Below are positions 18,529 to 31,775 of a stretch of 64,000 bases of DNA, one piece after another. This stretch comes from Ranitomeya imitator (taxonomy: Eukaryota). The translations under genes and the position numbers were made by a program. Each line of letters opens with the position of its first letter. Position 1 is the stretch's first letter. Below the pieces are notes generated by a model. That model was given only the letters and a program-made list of their open reading frames with translations. It was not told where the DNA came from and did no database searches. The stretch covers positions 360,468,001-360,532,000 of the forward strand of contig NC_091282.1 in assembly GCF_032444005.1 (NCBI RefSeq), given 5' to 3'.

Positions 18529-21500
18529 TGTGGCACCCCAGGAGTTTGGGTACCACAGTAGTGTTGCCTTCCTCTCGGGGAGTGTAGTGCTATGCCTGGA
18601 AACAAGAGGGATCTCTTTGGCAGGTGAATCACACACACAATACCTTCTGAATCCAGGCCAGGAGGGGGAGCTCAAAACACTGTTTTAGGGCAGCTTCCCT
18701 GGATAAAGATCTTGGTTTGGAGGAGCTAGTTTAGTCTGGATCAGACAGTCTGGAGAGCAGACAGGAAAGGAGCAGAGGAGAGATTTCGGGGTTCAAGGAG
18801 GCTACAAGTGGGGCTCTGAGGAGCCAAAATGCATAAACCGGGTACTGGGAGCCCAAGGCTAGAGTGGAAATGTAGGATATCTAGTAGAACCGGAGGGTAC
18901 AGAACAATACTACCCAAATTAAGCCTGTGGTACAGCAGCACCCTGGAGCCTGGAGTCACCGTGCAGAGACCCCAGAAGGAACAGCTCAAGCTGCCTACCA
19001 TACAGGTACCTGTCCCAGTACAGGGGAAAGATCCAGGACTGTTGTGAATTCTGTGGCAGAGCTCCCTTAATCCGAGCAAACAAATCAGATAACAATGGCA
19101 AGGGGTACTGAAATTTAACCATGATCTTATTTAGAAGGCGGTAATCTATACAAGGTCTCAGTGAACCATCCTTCTTGGCTACAAAAAAGAACCCTGCTCC
19201 TAATGGCGACGATGACAGGCGAATATGCCCCTTCTCCAAAGACTCCTTCACATAACTCCGCATAGCGGCGTGCTCAGGCACAGATAAATTAAACAGTCGA
19301 CCTTTTGGGAATTTACTACCAGGAATTAAATCGATAGCACAATCACAATCCCTATGCGGAGGTAGGGTATCGGACTTGGGCTCATCAAATAAATCCCGGT
19401 AATCAGACAAGAACTCAGGAACCTCAGAAGGGGTGGATGACGAAATATTCAGAAATGGGACATCACCATGTACCCCCTGACAACCCCAGCTGGACACAGA
19501 CATGGATTTCCAATCTAATACTGGATTATGGACTTGTAGCCATGGCAACCCCAACACGACCACATCATGCAGATTATGCAACACCAGAAAGCGAATAACC
19601 TCCTGATGTGCAGGAGCCATGCACATGGTCAGCTGGGTCCAGTACTGAGGTTTATTCTTGGCCAAAGGCGTAGCATCAATTCCTCTCAATGGAATAGGAC
19701 ACTGCAAGGGCTCCAAGAAAAACCCACAACGCCTAGCATACTCCAAGTCCATCAAATTCAGAGCAGCGCCTGAGTCGACAAATGCCATGACAGAATACGA
19801 TGACAAAGAGCAGATCAAGGTAACAGACAGAAGAAATTTTTACTGTACCGTACCAATGGTGGCAGACCTAGTGAACCGCTTAGTGCGCTTAGGACAATCA
19901 GAGATAGCATGAGTGGAATCACCACAGTAGAAACACAGCCCATTCAGACGTCTGTGTTCTTTCCGTTCAACTCTGGTCAAAGTCCTATCGCACTGCATAG
20001 GCTCAGGTTTAAGCTCAGGTAATACCGCCAAATGGTGCACAGATTGACGCTCGCGCAAGCGTCCACCGATCTCAATAGCCAAAGACATAGACTCATTCAG
20101 ACCAGCAGGCATGGGAAATCCCACCATGACATCCTTAAGGGCTTCAGAGAGACCTTTTCTGAAAATAGCTGCGAGCGCACCTTCATTCCACTGAGTGAGC
20201 ACGGACCACTTTCTAAATTTCTGACAATATACCTCTATTTCATCCTGACCCTGACACAGAGCCAGCAAATTCTTCTCTTCCTGATCCACAGAATTAGGCT
20301 CATCGTACAGCAATCCGAGCGCCAGGAAAATGCATCGATATTACTTAATGCAGGATCTCCTGACGCAAGAGAAAATGCCCAGTCCTGAGGGTCGCCACGC
20401 AAAAAAGAAATAACGATCCTAACTTGTTGAACTGGGTCACCAGAGGAGCGAGGTTTCAAAGCCAGAAATAGTTTACAATTATTTTTGAAACGCAGAAATT
20501 TAGTTCTATCTCCAAAAAACAAATCAGGAATAGGAATTCTCGGTTCTAACATAGAATTCTGAACCACAAAGTCTTGAATACTTTGTACTCTTGCCGTGAG
20601 CTGATCCACACATGAAGACAGACCTTTAATGTCCATTGCTACACCTGTGTCCTGAACCACCCAAATGTCTAGGGGAAAAAAAAGGCAAAACACAGTGCAA
20701 AGAAAAAAAATGGTCTCAGAACTTCTTTTTTCCCTCTATTGGGAATCATTAGCACTTAGGGCCTCCAGTACTGTTATGAAAGGTAATTCAGTACCACAAT
20801 GGACATAGAGGTCAGCGCACATACAGTGACCTGACAATAACCCAAAAAACAAGAACGAGCTCTGAGACGTGGGAACTCTGTTGACCGCAATCCCTAATCC
20901 TCTCCAACCACACTAAAGGCAGCCGTGGATTGCGCCTAACGCTCCCTATGCAACTCGGCACGGCCTGAGAAACTAGCTAGCCTGAAGATAGAAAATAAGC
21001 CTACCTTGCCTCAGAGAAATACCCCAAAGGAAAAGGCAGCCCCCACATATAATGACTGTGAGTTAAGATGAAAAGACAAACGTAGAGATGAAATAGATTT
21101 AGCAAAGTGAGGCCCAACTTTCTGAACAGAGCGAGGATAGGAAAGGTAACTTTGCGGTCAACACAAAACCCTACAAAAACCACGCAAAGGGGGCAAAAAG
21201 ACCATCCGTACCGAACTAACGGCACGGAGGTACACCCTCTGCGTCCCAGAGCTTCCAGCAAGCAGAAAAAAACAAATTGACAAGCTGGACAGAAAAAAAC
21301 AGCAAACAAATAGCAAAGAGGAACTTAGCTATGCAGAGCAGCAGGCCACAAGAACGATCCAGGAGGAAACAGGTCCAATACTAGAACATTGACTGGAGGC
21401 CAGGATCAAAGCACTAGGTGGAGTTAAATAGAGCAGCACCTAACGACATCACCACATCACCTGAGGAAGGAAACTCAGAAGCCGCAGTACCACTTTCTTC

Positions 21501-22019
21501 CACCAACGGAAGCTTACAGAGAGAACCAGCCGAAGTACCACTTGTGACCACAGGAGGGAGCTCTGCCACAGAATTCACAACACAGGACCCTGTTAGGACA
21601 TTACAGACAGCAAGGGACTATAGCAAGCATGCAGTGTAAGGCTCCCAACCTGACTTGCCAAGGGGATTCCACTTGTTTCCAGGCTGCCTGGACTCCTAAT
21701 GTACCTGTTGCCGGTACTCTGGACTGTGGCCTGCCAACTACAGGTAAAGACTTTACAGCTTGTGTCCTTTTCTCATTGACCGGTCACCATAATTGCTGCA
21801 ACAACATCCCTCAGAGGACCCCTTTAAAGCAGCATCGGTTCCCCTATTGACCGAACACAACTGGTGGCGTCACGACAGACTTATTCCCAATTCCCCTTTA
21901 AAGACCGTTCCCTTTTACAGTGAGTCTCAAGGCCACGGACTGGGTCACAGCCACAGTGACATACCCTTTAATAGCCAACTGGACCTGGTACCAAGTACCC
22001 TGCCCTGGTGGGTGACTCA
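18529..22019. repeat. Solo LTR-like element (~0.94 kb after removing the Gypsy-Z insert)
   Basis: Starts TGTGGCACCCC and ends GGTGACTCA. It interrupts CR1. A TSD is not clean (TAAA/TATA). Confidence 0.6.
19040..21582 (-). mobile_element. Truncated Gypsy-Z derivative: one full LTR, gag, protease, partial RT, capped by an inverted 28-bp LTR end
   Basis: Full LTR at 20772-21582. 19040-19067 is the exact reverse complement of 21555-21582. TSD CAGGAC lies at 19034-19039 and 21583-21588. Gag/pol is homologous to Gypsy-Y, with a frameshift and a stop. Confidence 0.92.
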
Positions 22020-22554
22020 TATACACCGGAGACCAGAACTGTACACAGTATTCTAAGTGTGGTCACACAAGTGAATTGTATAAAGGTAAAATTTTGTTCT
22101 CCTCATGAGCATCTATGCCTCTTTTAATGCATCCCATTATTTTATTTGCCTTTGCAGCAGCTGCCTGACACTGGCCACTAAATGTGAGTTTGTCATCCAC
22201 TCATACCCCAGGTCTTTTTCATTGACAGTTTTGCCCAGTGTTTTACAATTAAGCACATGGTTATGCATCTTATTTCTTCTGCCCAAGTGCATGACCTTAC
22301 ATTTATCCCCATTAAAGCTCATTTGCCATTTATCAGCCCAAACTTCTAGTTTACATAAATCATCCTGTAATATAAAATTGTCCTCCTCTGTATTGATTAC
22401 TCTGCAGAGTTTAGTGTCATCTGCAAAAATTGGAATTCTACTCTGTATGCCCCTTACAAGGTCATTAATAAATATGTTAAAAAAAGCGGGCCTAATACTG
22501 ACTCCTGTGGTACCCCACTGCTATCCACGACCCAGTCCGAGTGTGCTCCATTAA

Positions 22555-23795
22555 CCCCTTGACGACATGCCTCGTACTAGTACGGCGCATGTCGTGTCTC
22601 CCCCTTTGATGTGAGCCCACATCAAAGTCGCAACATGTCAGCTGTTTTGTACAGCTGACATGTGTGCGCAATAGCGGCGGGTGAAATCGCGATTCACCCG
22701 CCGCTATTAACCTGTTAAATGCTGACAGCTGCATTTAACTACCACTTGCGGCGGCGCGGCCGGAAATGAGCGCATCGCCGACCCCGTCACATGATCGGGG
22801 GTCGGCGATGCATCAGGATGGTAACCATAGAGGTCCTTGAGACCGCTATGGTTACTGATGCCAGCCTGCTGTGAGCGCCACCCTGTGGTCGGTGCTCATG
22901 GCAAGCCTGCAATTCAGCTACATAGCAGCGATCTGATGATCGCTGCTTTGTAGCTGAGCCTATTGACTGGTGCCAGCTTCTAGCCTCCCATGGAGGCTAT
23001 TGAAGCATGGCAAAAGTTTTAATAAAATGTTTTTAAAAATATGAAAAAAAATATATATAAAAGGTTAAATCACCCCCCTTTCGCCCCATCTAAAATAAAA
23101 CAATATAAACAAATCAAGCCTTCACATATTTGGTATCACCGCGTTCAGAATCGCCAGATCTATCAATAAAAAAAAAATAACCTGATCGCTAAACAGCGTA
23201 GCGAGAAAAAAATTAGAAACGCCAGAATTACTTTTTTTTGGTCACCACGACATTGCATTAAAATGCAATAACGGGCGGTCAAAAGATCGTATCTGCACAA
23301 AAGTGGTATCATTAAAAACATCAGCTCGGCATGCAAAAGATAAGCCCTCACCCGACCCCGAATCACGAAAAATGGAGACGCTATGGGTATCGGAATATGA
23401 CACATTTCTTTTTTTTTAGCAAAGTTTTGAATTTTTTATCACCACTTAGATAAAAAAGAACCTAAATATGTTAGGTGTCTATGAACTCGTAATGACCTGG
23501 AGAATCATAATATCAGGTCAGTTTTAGCATTTAGTGAACCTAGCAAAAAAGCCAAACAAAAAACTATTGTGGGATTGCACTTTTTTTGCAATTTCACCAC
23601 ACTTGGAATTTTTTCCCCATTTTCTAGTACAAGGCATGGTAAAAACAATGGTGTCGTTCAGAAGTACAACTTGTCCCACAAAAAATAAGCCCTTACATGA
23701 CCATAATGATGGAAAAATAAAAAGTTATGGCTCTGGGAAGGAGGGAAGCGAAAAACGAAAACGCAAAAACGAAAAAGGGCAGCGGTGTTAAGGGA
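22555..23795. mobile_element. piggyBac-type non-autonomous element
   Basis: TTAA|CCCCTT at 22551-22560 and AAGGGA|TTAA at 23790-23799. Confidence 0.8.
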
Positions 23796-23905
23796 TTAAT
23801 AAACACCCTTTGTTTCCTGTGGGTCCATGAACCATGTGTGCCACATGCAAGCGTGGCAGTCTCAACCTAAATATGAAAAGGATGACCATGATCACTTTAG
23901 TATAA

Positions 23906-24297
23906 GGCTATGTGCACACGTAGGAAAAGAGGTGCAGAATTTTCTGCACAAAATCCACATCTCCTGGCAGAATCAGCAGCCGTGGATTTACCGCGGTTTT
24001 TATGCAGATTTTGGGTGGAATTGATGTGGATTTTGTGTGGATTTTCAGCGGTTTATACCACTGCGGAATTTTAACATGGAGGGGTGCAGAAACGCTGCAG
24101 ATCCGCACAAAAGAAGTGACATGCACTTATTTGAAATCCGCAGCAATTTCGCACTGATTTTTCCGCACCGTCTGCACATCTTTTTTTTTTTAAATTGAAT
24201 TACATTATACTGTACATCACAGTGCGGATCTGCAGCGTTTCTGCGTGGAAAAATCCGCTGCGGATCCGCAGCAAATTCGCTTTGTGTGCACATAGCC
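23906..24297. mobile_element. PIF/Harbinger-type MITE
   Basis: TIR GGCTATGTGCACAC...GTGTGCACATAGCC with TAA on both sides. Confidence 0.88.
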
Positions 24298-24584
24298 TAA
24301 TAGGTTCCTTGTAGACCTGACAATGATCCTACAAAATCCCTGACTTTTTGCAAGTATATTTAAAAGAAGTGATGTATTGAAGTCAAATGGACAATGGGTG
24401 ATCACTAGAGATGATTGAATCTTTTAAAACTCAAAATTCGCCGATTTTGTTGAATTTTCACAAAAAAATTGAATTGTGTTGAATTCATTTGCGCAAATCT
24501 AAATGCTGGAAAGCTTGTATATATACTTGTATATGCTCAGAAAAAAAGTGCTGGAGAGGAGGAGAGAACCCTTCTGGCCTATAA

Positions 24585-24830
24585 GGCCGGCGTCACACAC
24601 AGCGTATGAAAATACGGTCCGTATATTACGGCCGTAATACGCTGAAAAGTCCCGAAAATAGTGGTCCGTAGCTCCTCCGTAGGCAGGGTGTGTCAGCGTT
24701 TTTTGCGCATGGCATCCTCCGTATGTAATCCGTATGTCAGCCGTAATGCGTGTTTTTATCGCAGGCTTGCAAAACCGACATACGGCTATACAAGGGATCC
24801 ATGTGTTAAAAATAAAAAAAACATATATAC

Positions 24831-24870
<40 letters not shown>

Positions 24871-26414
24871 AGGGAGACACATATATGTATATATATTATT
24901 ACTTCATACAGCGCGATATAGCAGAAAGCCGGTAATTCAATTACCGGCTTTTGCTTTCTCCTTCCTAAACCCGACATGATATGAGACATGGTTACATACA
25001 GTAAACCATCTCATATCCCCATTTTTTTGCATATTCCACACTACTAATGTTATTAGTGTGTATATGCAAAATTTGGCCGTTCTAGCTAGTAAAATAAGGG
25101 GTTAAATGGCGGAAAAAATTGACGTGGGCTCCCGCACAATTTTCTCTGCCAGAGTAGTAAAGCCAGTGACTGAGGGCAGATATTAATAGCCTGGAGAGGG
25201 TCCACGGTTATTGGCCCCCCCCCCCCCCTGGCTAAAAACACCTGCCCCCAGCCACCCCAGAAAAGGCACATCTGGAAGATGCACCTATTCTGGCACTTGG
25301 CCACTCTCTTCCCATTCCCGTGTAGCGGTGGGATATGGGGTAATGAAGGGTTAATGTCACCTTGCTATTGTAAGGTGACATTAAGCCTAATTAATAATGG
25401 AGAGGCGTCAATTATGACACCTATCCATTATTAATCCAATACTAGTAAAAGGTTAAAAAAACACACACACATTATTAAAAAATAATTTATTGAAAAAATC
25501 CCACCTATATTTAGCTTCATTTGCGGTGAGGCGCCCTCTGCTGGCTGTTCCTAGATCGTGGGAACTATCCTAGAAAGCTCCCTTGCTCGAGTTCATATGA
25601 GGACAACCAGCAGAGGGCGCCCTCTTATGATCTCGAGCAAGGGAGCTTTCTAGGATAGTTCCCACGATCTAGGAACAGCCAGCAGAGGGCGCCTCACCGC
25701 AAATGAAGCTAAATATAGGTCACTGACCTATATTTAGCTTCATTCGCCGGGGTATTGCAGACATGAGCAGCCTGCATTAGCGGAGCTCGTGTCTGCAAAA
25801 TATTTTAACCCCTTCAGATGGATCTACATCGTTGGACCTTACAGATCCTCGGAAGGTATGTATATTGTTGGTTTATTTTTATTTTTTAATTTACAGATCG
25901 AGGGTCTTCAGTGAGTGGATTGAGAGTAGAATAAATTAATACAACAGCCTTTGTGATTTTTTCAATAAATTATTTTTTAATAATGTGTGTGTGTTGTTTT
26001 TTTTTAACCCTTTACTAGTATTGGATTAATAATGGATAGGTGTCATAATTGACGCCTCTCCATTATTAATTAGGCTTAATGTCACCTTACAATAGCAAGG
26101 TGACATTAACCCTTCATTACCCCTTATCCCACCGCTACACGGGAATTCCTCGCAAGTCACACTGCTGGTCCGTGTGTAATCCGTAATTTTGGGGCTTCCA
26201 TTGACTTTCATTGACGTTTTATTTGCGCAATATGGTGACAAACGCAGCATGCTGCGATTTTCTACGGCCGTAGAAAGCCGTATAATACGGATCAGTTTAA
26301 TACGGCAGATAGGAGCAGGGGCATAGAGAATAATTGTGCCGTATTTTTTGCGAGTTTTACGGACGTAGTTTCTGCGCTCTTACGTCCGTAAAACTCTCAA
26401 GTGTGACGCCAGCC
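24585..26414. mobile_element. PIF/Harbinger-type non-autonomous element with internal palindromes and (TA)n
   Basis: TIR GGCCGGCGTCACAC...GTGTGACGCCAGCC with TAA TSD. Nested inverted repeats span about 25330-26135. Confidence 0.85.
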
Positions 26415-26639
26415 TAAGAGTGAGTGAGAATGAGACTGAGTGAGTGTGGAGAGGGACTTCAACACCTCACCCTCTAGTTCAGAACACACTGCAGAGACAA
26501 GCACCCTTTTTGCAAAATAGGGACATCATCATCAGTCCACCCCTTCTCCAGTAATGCGCTTTAACTCCCAAAAGTCTAAACAGGGAAGCAGACCCCCATC
26601 TTTATTTTTAACAAAGAAAAACTCTGAAGGTTCACTTGA

Positions 26640-27480
26640 TACGCTATTTGCATAAAGCTTCCTTGACCAAGAGGTTCCGAGAGTCTATCACAAATATGGG
26701 GATGGATTTCGCCAGCTTACTACAGGAGAGATAGTGGATCTGAACGAACTGAGCATCCACCATTTTGGCTCCTGCCCCACTATCCAGTTGGACAGATATT
26801 GTCTCAGTCTCCGTACCTATAACCACAAGTGCATGTAGGATAAACTTAGACATATATATGGAGGAGATATATATACCTAGGTTGTAATCCTCTACAGAAC
26901 CTGGGATCAGAGAGTTTCTGGTGTTTAGGCTGACAAACCCCAATAAAAATATCCTTTTTGCCACAGTAAAAGCACACCCCCATCTTTGCGGTGAATCGCA
27001 AGAGACCCATAACGAGGAGAAGCCCCCTATCTGCATAAGTTCTTCAGAGCTCACAGGGAAAACTTCAGTCCTCGGAAGAACCACAGGCAGTGTGGTCACT
27101 ACAGATCTATCTATACATATGGCAAGAGCCATGGCGGCTTCAAACTATGCTGGAGTTTCGGACAGCGCAAATACGTCTTTTAATCATTCAGACAGGCCCT
27201 GACAAAACTGTCTCTTAAGGGCAGGGTCATTCCACTGGGTGTCAGCGGCCCATCTGAACAAAATTCCTCTGTTGGTTGGTCTCCCTGCTGGATCTGACGT
27301 AGTTTAGATTCCGCAAGAAAGACTTGGTCTGGGTCATCATAAACAAGGCCAAGAGCCACAAAAAATCCATATACCGACTGGAGTGACAATGAGTTGGATG
27401 GGAGTGAGAAGGCCCTGGATTCGGGGTTTCCTTTAAAGAGAGAGACAACAATCCCCACCCTCTGTGCCTCACTCTGAAAT
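26640..27480 (-). pseudogene. Decayed Gypsy gag/protease fragment
   Basis: FFVALGLVYDDPDQVFLAESKLRQIQQG (gag) and QLDSGAG...IPIFVIDS (protease). It may be the 5' part of Gypsy-W (inference). Confidence 0.75.
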
Positions 27481-27702
27481 TACTGTGGACAAAGCCTGAA
27501 ATACAGATTACAGGTTTCCTGGAATGCAAAAAATGTATGCCCCCAAAAACCAGGAGCGCCACTTTAGGTGACGGTTAAGCTGCCTGGTGTGAAGAAAACT
27601 TAGACTGTAGGCCTTATAGCTCCCAAGACAAACCCTGCAGCTGTCTCACAAGGTTAGCGATGGGATCGATGTCAAGATCCAAAAATGTGGGATTTGTGAA
27701 AA

Positions 27703-29075
27703 TGTCACGCTGTGAAGGTCTTCGGTAAGGAAGGGTGGCCCCCTAACTATCCCTGTCCTGGGGGTACTCTTGAGGGTAGAGAGGCCCAAGTCTCTGATCT
27801 TGCTATGCTCCTGATGTGCCTTTTAGCTGTCCCCTCCCCCTCCGAGGAGGTCTGGTACAGATATGTTAGTGTATAAACACGCAAGACAAAAATTGATAAC
27901 AAAAAGCAACTGACATACAAAAACACTCATCAAGTGTAGGGAGGAATATAGGGAAGAATAGGCATGTACTAATCAAATGGCAATAGAATAATGGAGAAAA
28001 CGTATACCCTAAAAGAAAATACAACAATCTCCAGCAGCAAACTACGAATTCCAACGTCAGCACATCAACTCCAGCAAGCCAGGAAGTAAACTTTCACAGG
28101 AGGGGATGAAAAGGTCTGGCCAGGTTTTATAGAGAGATGAAATGAGCAGGTCAGGAGCAGCTGTGAGGTGGAGATGCATGTCTCCAAACAGCATACAAAG
28201 AGCCATTAACCTCTTCAGCACCAAAGGAAAAGAAGTCCATTTAATATGAGCAACAAAATACAGAGGCTGAATGGTACACCTGCGATTCCCCATAAGTAAT
28301 GATTGCCTAAAGGTACCGTCACACTTTAGCGACGCTGCAGCGATACCGACAACGATCCGGATCACTGCAGTGTCGCTGTTTGGTCGCTGGAGAGCTGTCA
28401 CACAGACAGCTCTCCAGTGACCAACGATCCCGAGGTCCCCGGTAACCAGGGTAAACATCAGGTTACTAAGCGCAGGGCCGCGCTTAGTAACCCGATGTTT
28501 ACCCTGGTTACCATCGTTAAAGTAAAAAAAACAAACGCTACATACTTACCTACCGCTGTCTGTCCCCGGCGCTCTGCTTCTCTGGTCTGGCTGTGAGCAC
28601 AGCGGCAGGAAAGCAGAGCAGTGACGTCACCGCTCTGCTTTCTGGCTGCCCGCCGCTCACAGCCAGACCAGAGAAGCAGAGCGCCGGGGACAGACAGCGG
28701 TAGGTAAGTATGTAGCGTTTGTTTTTTTTACTTTAACGATGGTAACCAGGGTAAACATCGGGTTACTAAGCGCGGCCCTGCGCTTAGTAACCCGATGTTT
28801 ACCCTGGTTACCAGCGAAGACATCGCTGAATCGGCATCACACACGCCGATTCAGCGATGTCAGCGGGACCTCAACGATCAAAAAATGGCCCAGGCCATTC
28901 CGACACGAGCAGCGATCTCACAGCAGGGGCCTGATCGCTGCTACGTGTCACACATAGCGAGATCGCTACTGAGATCGCTGTTGCGTCACAAAACTTGTGA
29001 CTCAGCAGCGATCTCGCTAGCGATCTCGCTATGTGTGACGGGGCCTTAACACCAGATCTCCCAGAGGGCATAACA
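27703..29075 (-). repeat. Probable 5' LTR of that Gypsy, split by a MITE
   Basis: TGTCACG...CATAACA ends, upstream of gag on the minus strand. Boundaries are approximate. Confidence 0.5.
28311..29046. mobile_element. Harbinger-type palindromic MITE
   Basis: AGGTACCGTCACAC...GTGTGACGGGGCCT with TAA on both sides. Long internal inverted repeats lie at about 28437-28810. Confidence 0.8.
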
Positions 29076-31775
29076 CACTCGTGACTGTCTCTTTTCAAAC
29101 TGCCCATCTCTTTGTTCTCCTGGAGATAAGCCTCCAGCAGAAATGTCAGTTGGTGGCTTTGTCATAGGGAAAACAAATGCGCTCTGCTGAGAGCGCGCTC
29201 CTGTGTATGAGAGAGTCGAAAGAGTTGGCCGTCAGCTGAAATACGTTTTAGCCGACAGTCATATTATGTGTTTGGCATATGCTAGTCTGCAAAAGAAAAC
29301 CTATATCTTACACTTATGAATCTGACCACTTTTGCACACTAAGTTGTAATTGTGAAAATGATTGAATGTATGTATAAATGAATCTGCAATACACTAAAAG
29401 GCCTGTGTGTGAGAGGAAAATACCTGAGAGCACAAGTGTTAGTGGGATTCCGTGTCTCAAAAGCAGTGCAAGATAAATGAAGGGTGAGCTGTATGTAAAA
29501 TGAGCTCTAGAGGAGAGGAGGTGGTTGGTTCCCTTTAAGCTGACATTGAATGTTCATTGACCTTTATAGCAGGCAGAAATCTTTCCTCACAGACACTTCA
29601 TGGCTCATGGGGTCCCTCCCCCTCAGCTCCATAAAGTTATCCAGAAGTTCAGGGACATGTGTACCTAATTACACCCCCCCAACCCAAACTACGCCAGCCG
29701 AAATCTCCGTCGCCACAGCAACGCTCGCCTGCCAAACCTCTGAGGGACTAACTTGTACCACATGTTGGAATATCTAAATAAGAATGATATTCTAAACAAG
29801 TAAAAGAAGGAGGGCGGAAAGATGAATAGCCAGAGTCATAAAGGGATGAAGGAAAAAGAGGAAAACAGAGGGGCTGGAACATTGAACCAGCCACATTAAT
29901 AATGGCTTGACACGATAACACCCTGAATGGGGATACTATAAACAGATATAGAAATATTACAGGCAAAGGAATGTAGGAAAAGAATGGGATAATGAACCAA
30001 CCTATTGTATAAACAGTAATGTATAACTACTTATATAGTGCCGACAAGTTCCACAGCTTTGTACATAAAAAGTATTCACTCCTATCTGTCCTAGGGGCGA
30101 GCCAAAAATAAATAACAAGAAAGTAACATAATGAGGGGTTGGATGGGTGCTGAGGAGCTGCAGAGGCTCAGACATGGCAAACTGTTTATGGTTAAAAAGG
30201 ACAGGTAGGACACTGTTAACCATTAACATTCCAAGTCCAAAAGGCCCTCTGTTGTTGAAATGCGAGTATGATCTTATTGGTATTAGAAGGAGAACTAAGG
30301 ATTTGCTAACTCTTTTACAGATAATGGTAAATCATGTTCATAAACAAAGAAACACATGCACACATCTGAACAGGCTTCCAGAAAACAAAATAACATTCCA
30401 TAGCATATTGAGAATCTGACAAAAAAGCCTATACTCTACCAGTCATGATAAAGAGGGTCAAGTATATTGCCCTGTACATATAGAGAACTGTAATTATCAT
30501 ATTTAAATTTTGTAATTGTCACGTTGGATTTTTACTAATCAAATGGACTCCATCAGCAAAAGGCAAATCAGCCATTGCTAAGGGTTTTTCCCAATGGACA
30601 ACTCTGTTTCGACCTATCTTTGTTTTGTTTTAGGTGGTTCAACTCCAGTTTTAGTTTTTTTTTAGGATTTGAGATGTCTTACATCCTCCATGACAGCTGG
30701 ATTAGTGCAGTATAGGCACTCTTGAAGATGAAGAATTGGGTGCTCAAGTAGGGTTCCACCCCATGCACATGCTGAAGATAAGAGATACCTGGCACTCCAA
30801 ATATCGTAATTTTTTTTTTAGGCAATCCATAAGAAAGTCAATGATGTTTCAGCCCTATGACATGGGCCTTCATCACACATGGATTGCAATGTGAGTAACA
30901 AGAGGTATCGGGTATGGTGTCTGTGCTATGAAATGGCGAACTGCTCAGCGCCCAGCTTTCTTTTGGATTGCCTGAATAAAAATCTCTTACGTTATTTGGT
31001 TACCAAGTATCTCTTTTCTTCTTCAGGTGGATTATTTCACTATTCACTTCTGTAGTTGGCATCCATAATCTGGCAACCTGAGTGCCTCTGGAATTTACTA
31101 GACCCCCTCAATGTTATGACATTGTGGGATGACTCACTTCATGATGTTGTGTGAGGCCTAATGACACTAGAGGTGCCCAAGATGTAGAAGGGAAGACTAT
31201 CCTGCTCTAGATGCTGTAGTTCTGGAATATGATAGCACTGGAGGATTATGGGTTCCTGGTCGCTAATGGGTTCCTCGTCGCTTCAAGTTTGATTCTTCTC
31301 AAATCCGTGGCAGTTAATGTGCATAATTATTTTGTTTTGCAACCCTGTTGATTAATTGCAACACAACTTTTGATTGATCTGTGATCATGCCCCAATATCT
31401 TAACAACTTCAAGAGTGCTGCATCCCTGTGTAAGACTTAAGTCACTTAAATCTCTTTTTTGACCCATTTTGCCTGAGGAAAACAAAGTTGCCTAATAATT
31501 ATTCTTACCTTGATAAAAGGGTGTTGTATCCTTAGGACACACCTTCCCTAATTACATGATTATTACGAGTCACCTGTTCTTCCTCAACTATAAACAATAG
31601 AGCAAGGCACACTGTTGAGATCTATGTAAAACTACTCTCCAAAGTCAATGATTCTGTATTATAGGCATAGTAACATAGTAACATAGTTAGTAAGGCCGAA
31701 AAAAGACATTTGTCCATCCAGTTCAGCCTATATTCCATCATAATAAATCCCCAGATCTACGTCCTTCTACAGAAC

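Larger units (their letters stand above)
17901..22550 (-). mobile_element. Older CR1-subfamily 3' fragment (pieces about 17901-18528 and 22020-22550), split by a solo LTR
   Basis: A (GTAACATA)n-type tail at 17901. The RT C-terminal sequence resembles 62905-63396 in the opposite orientation, and the two pieces join logically across the LTR. Confidence 0.8.
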
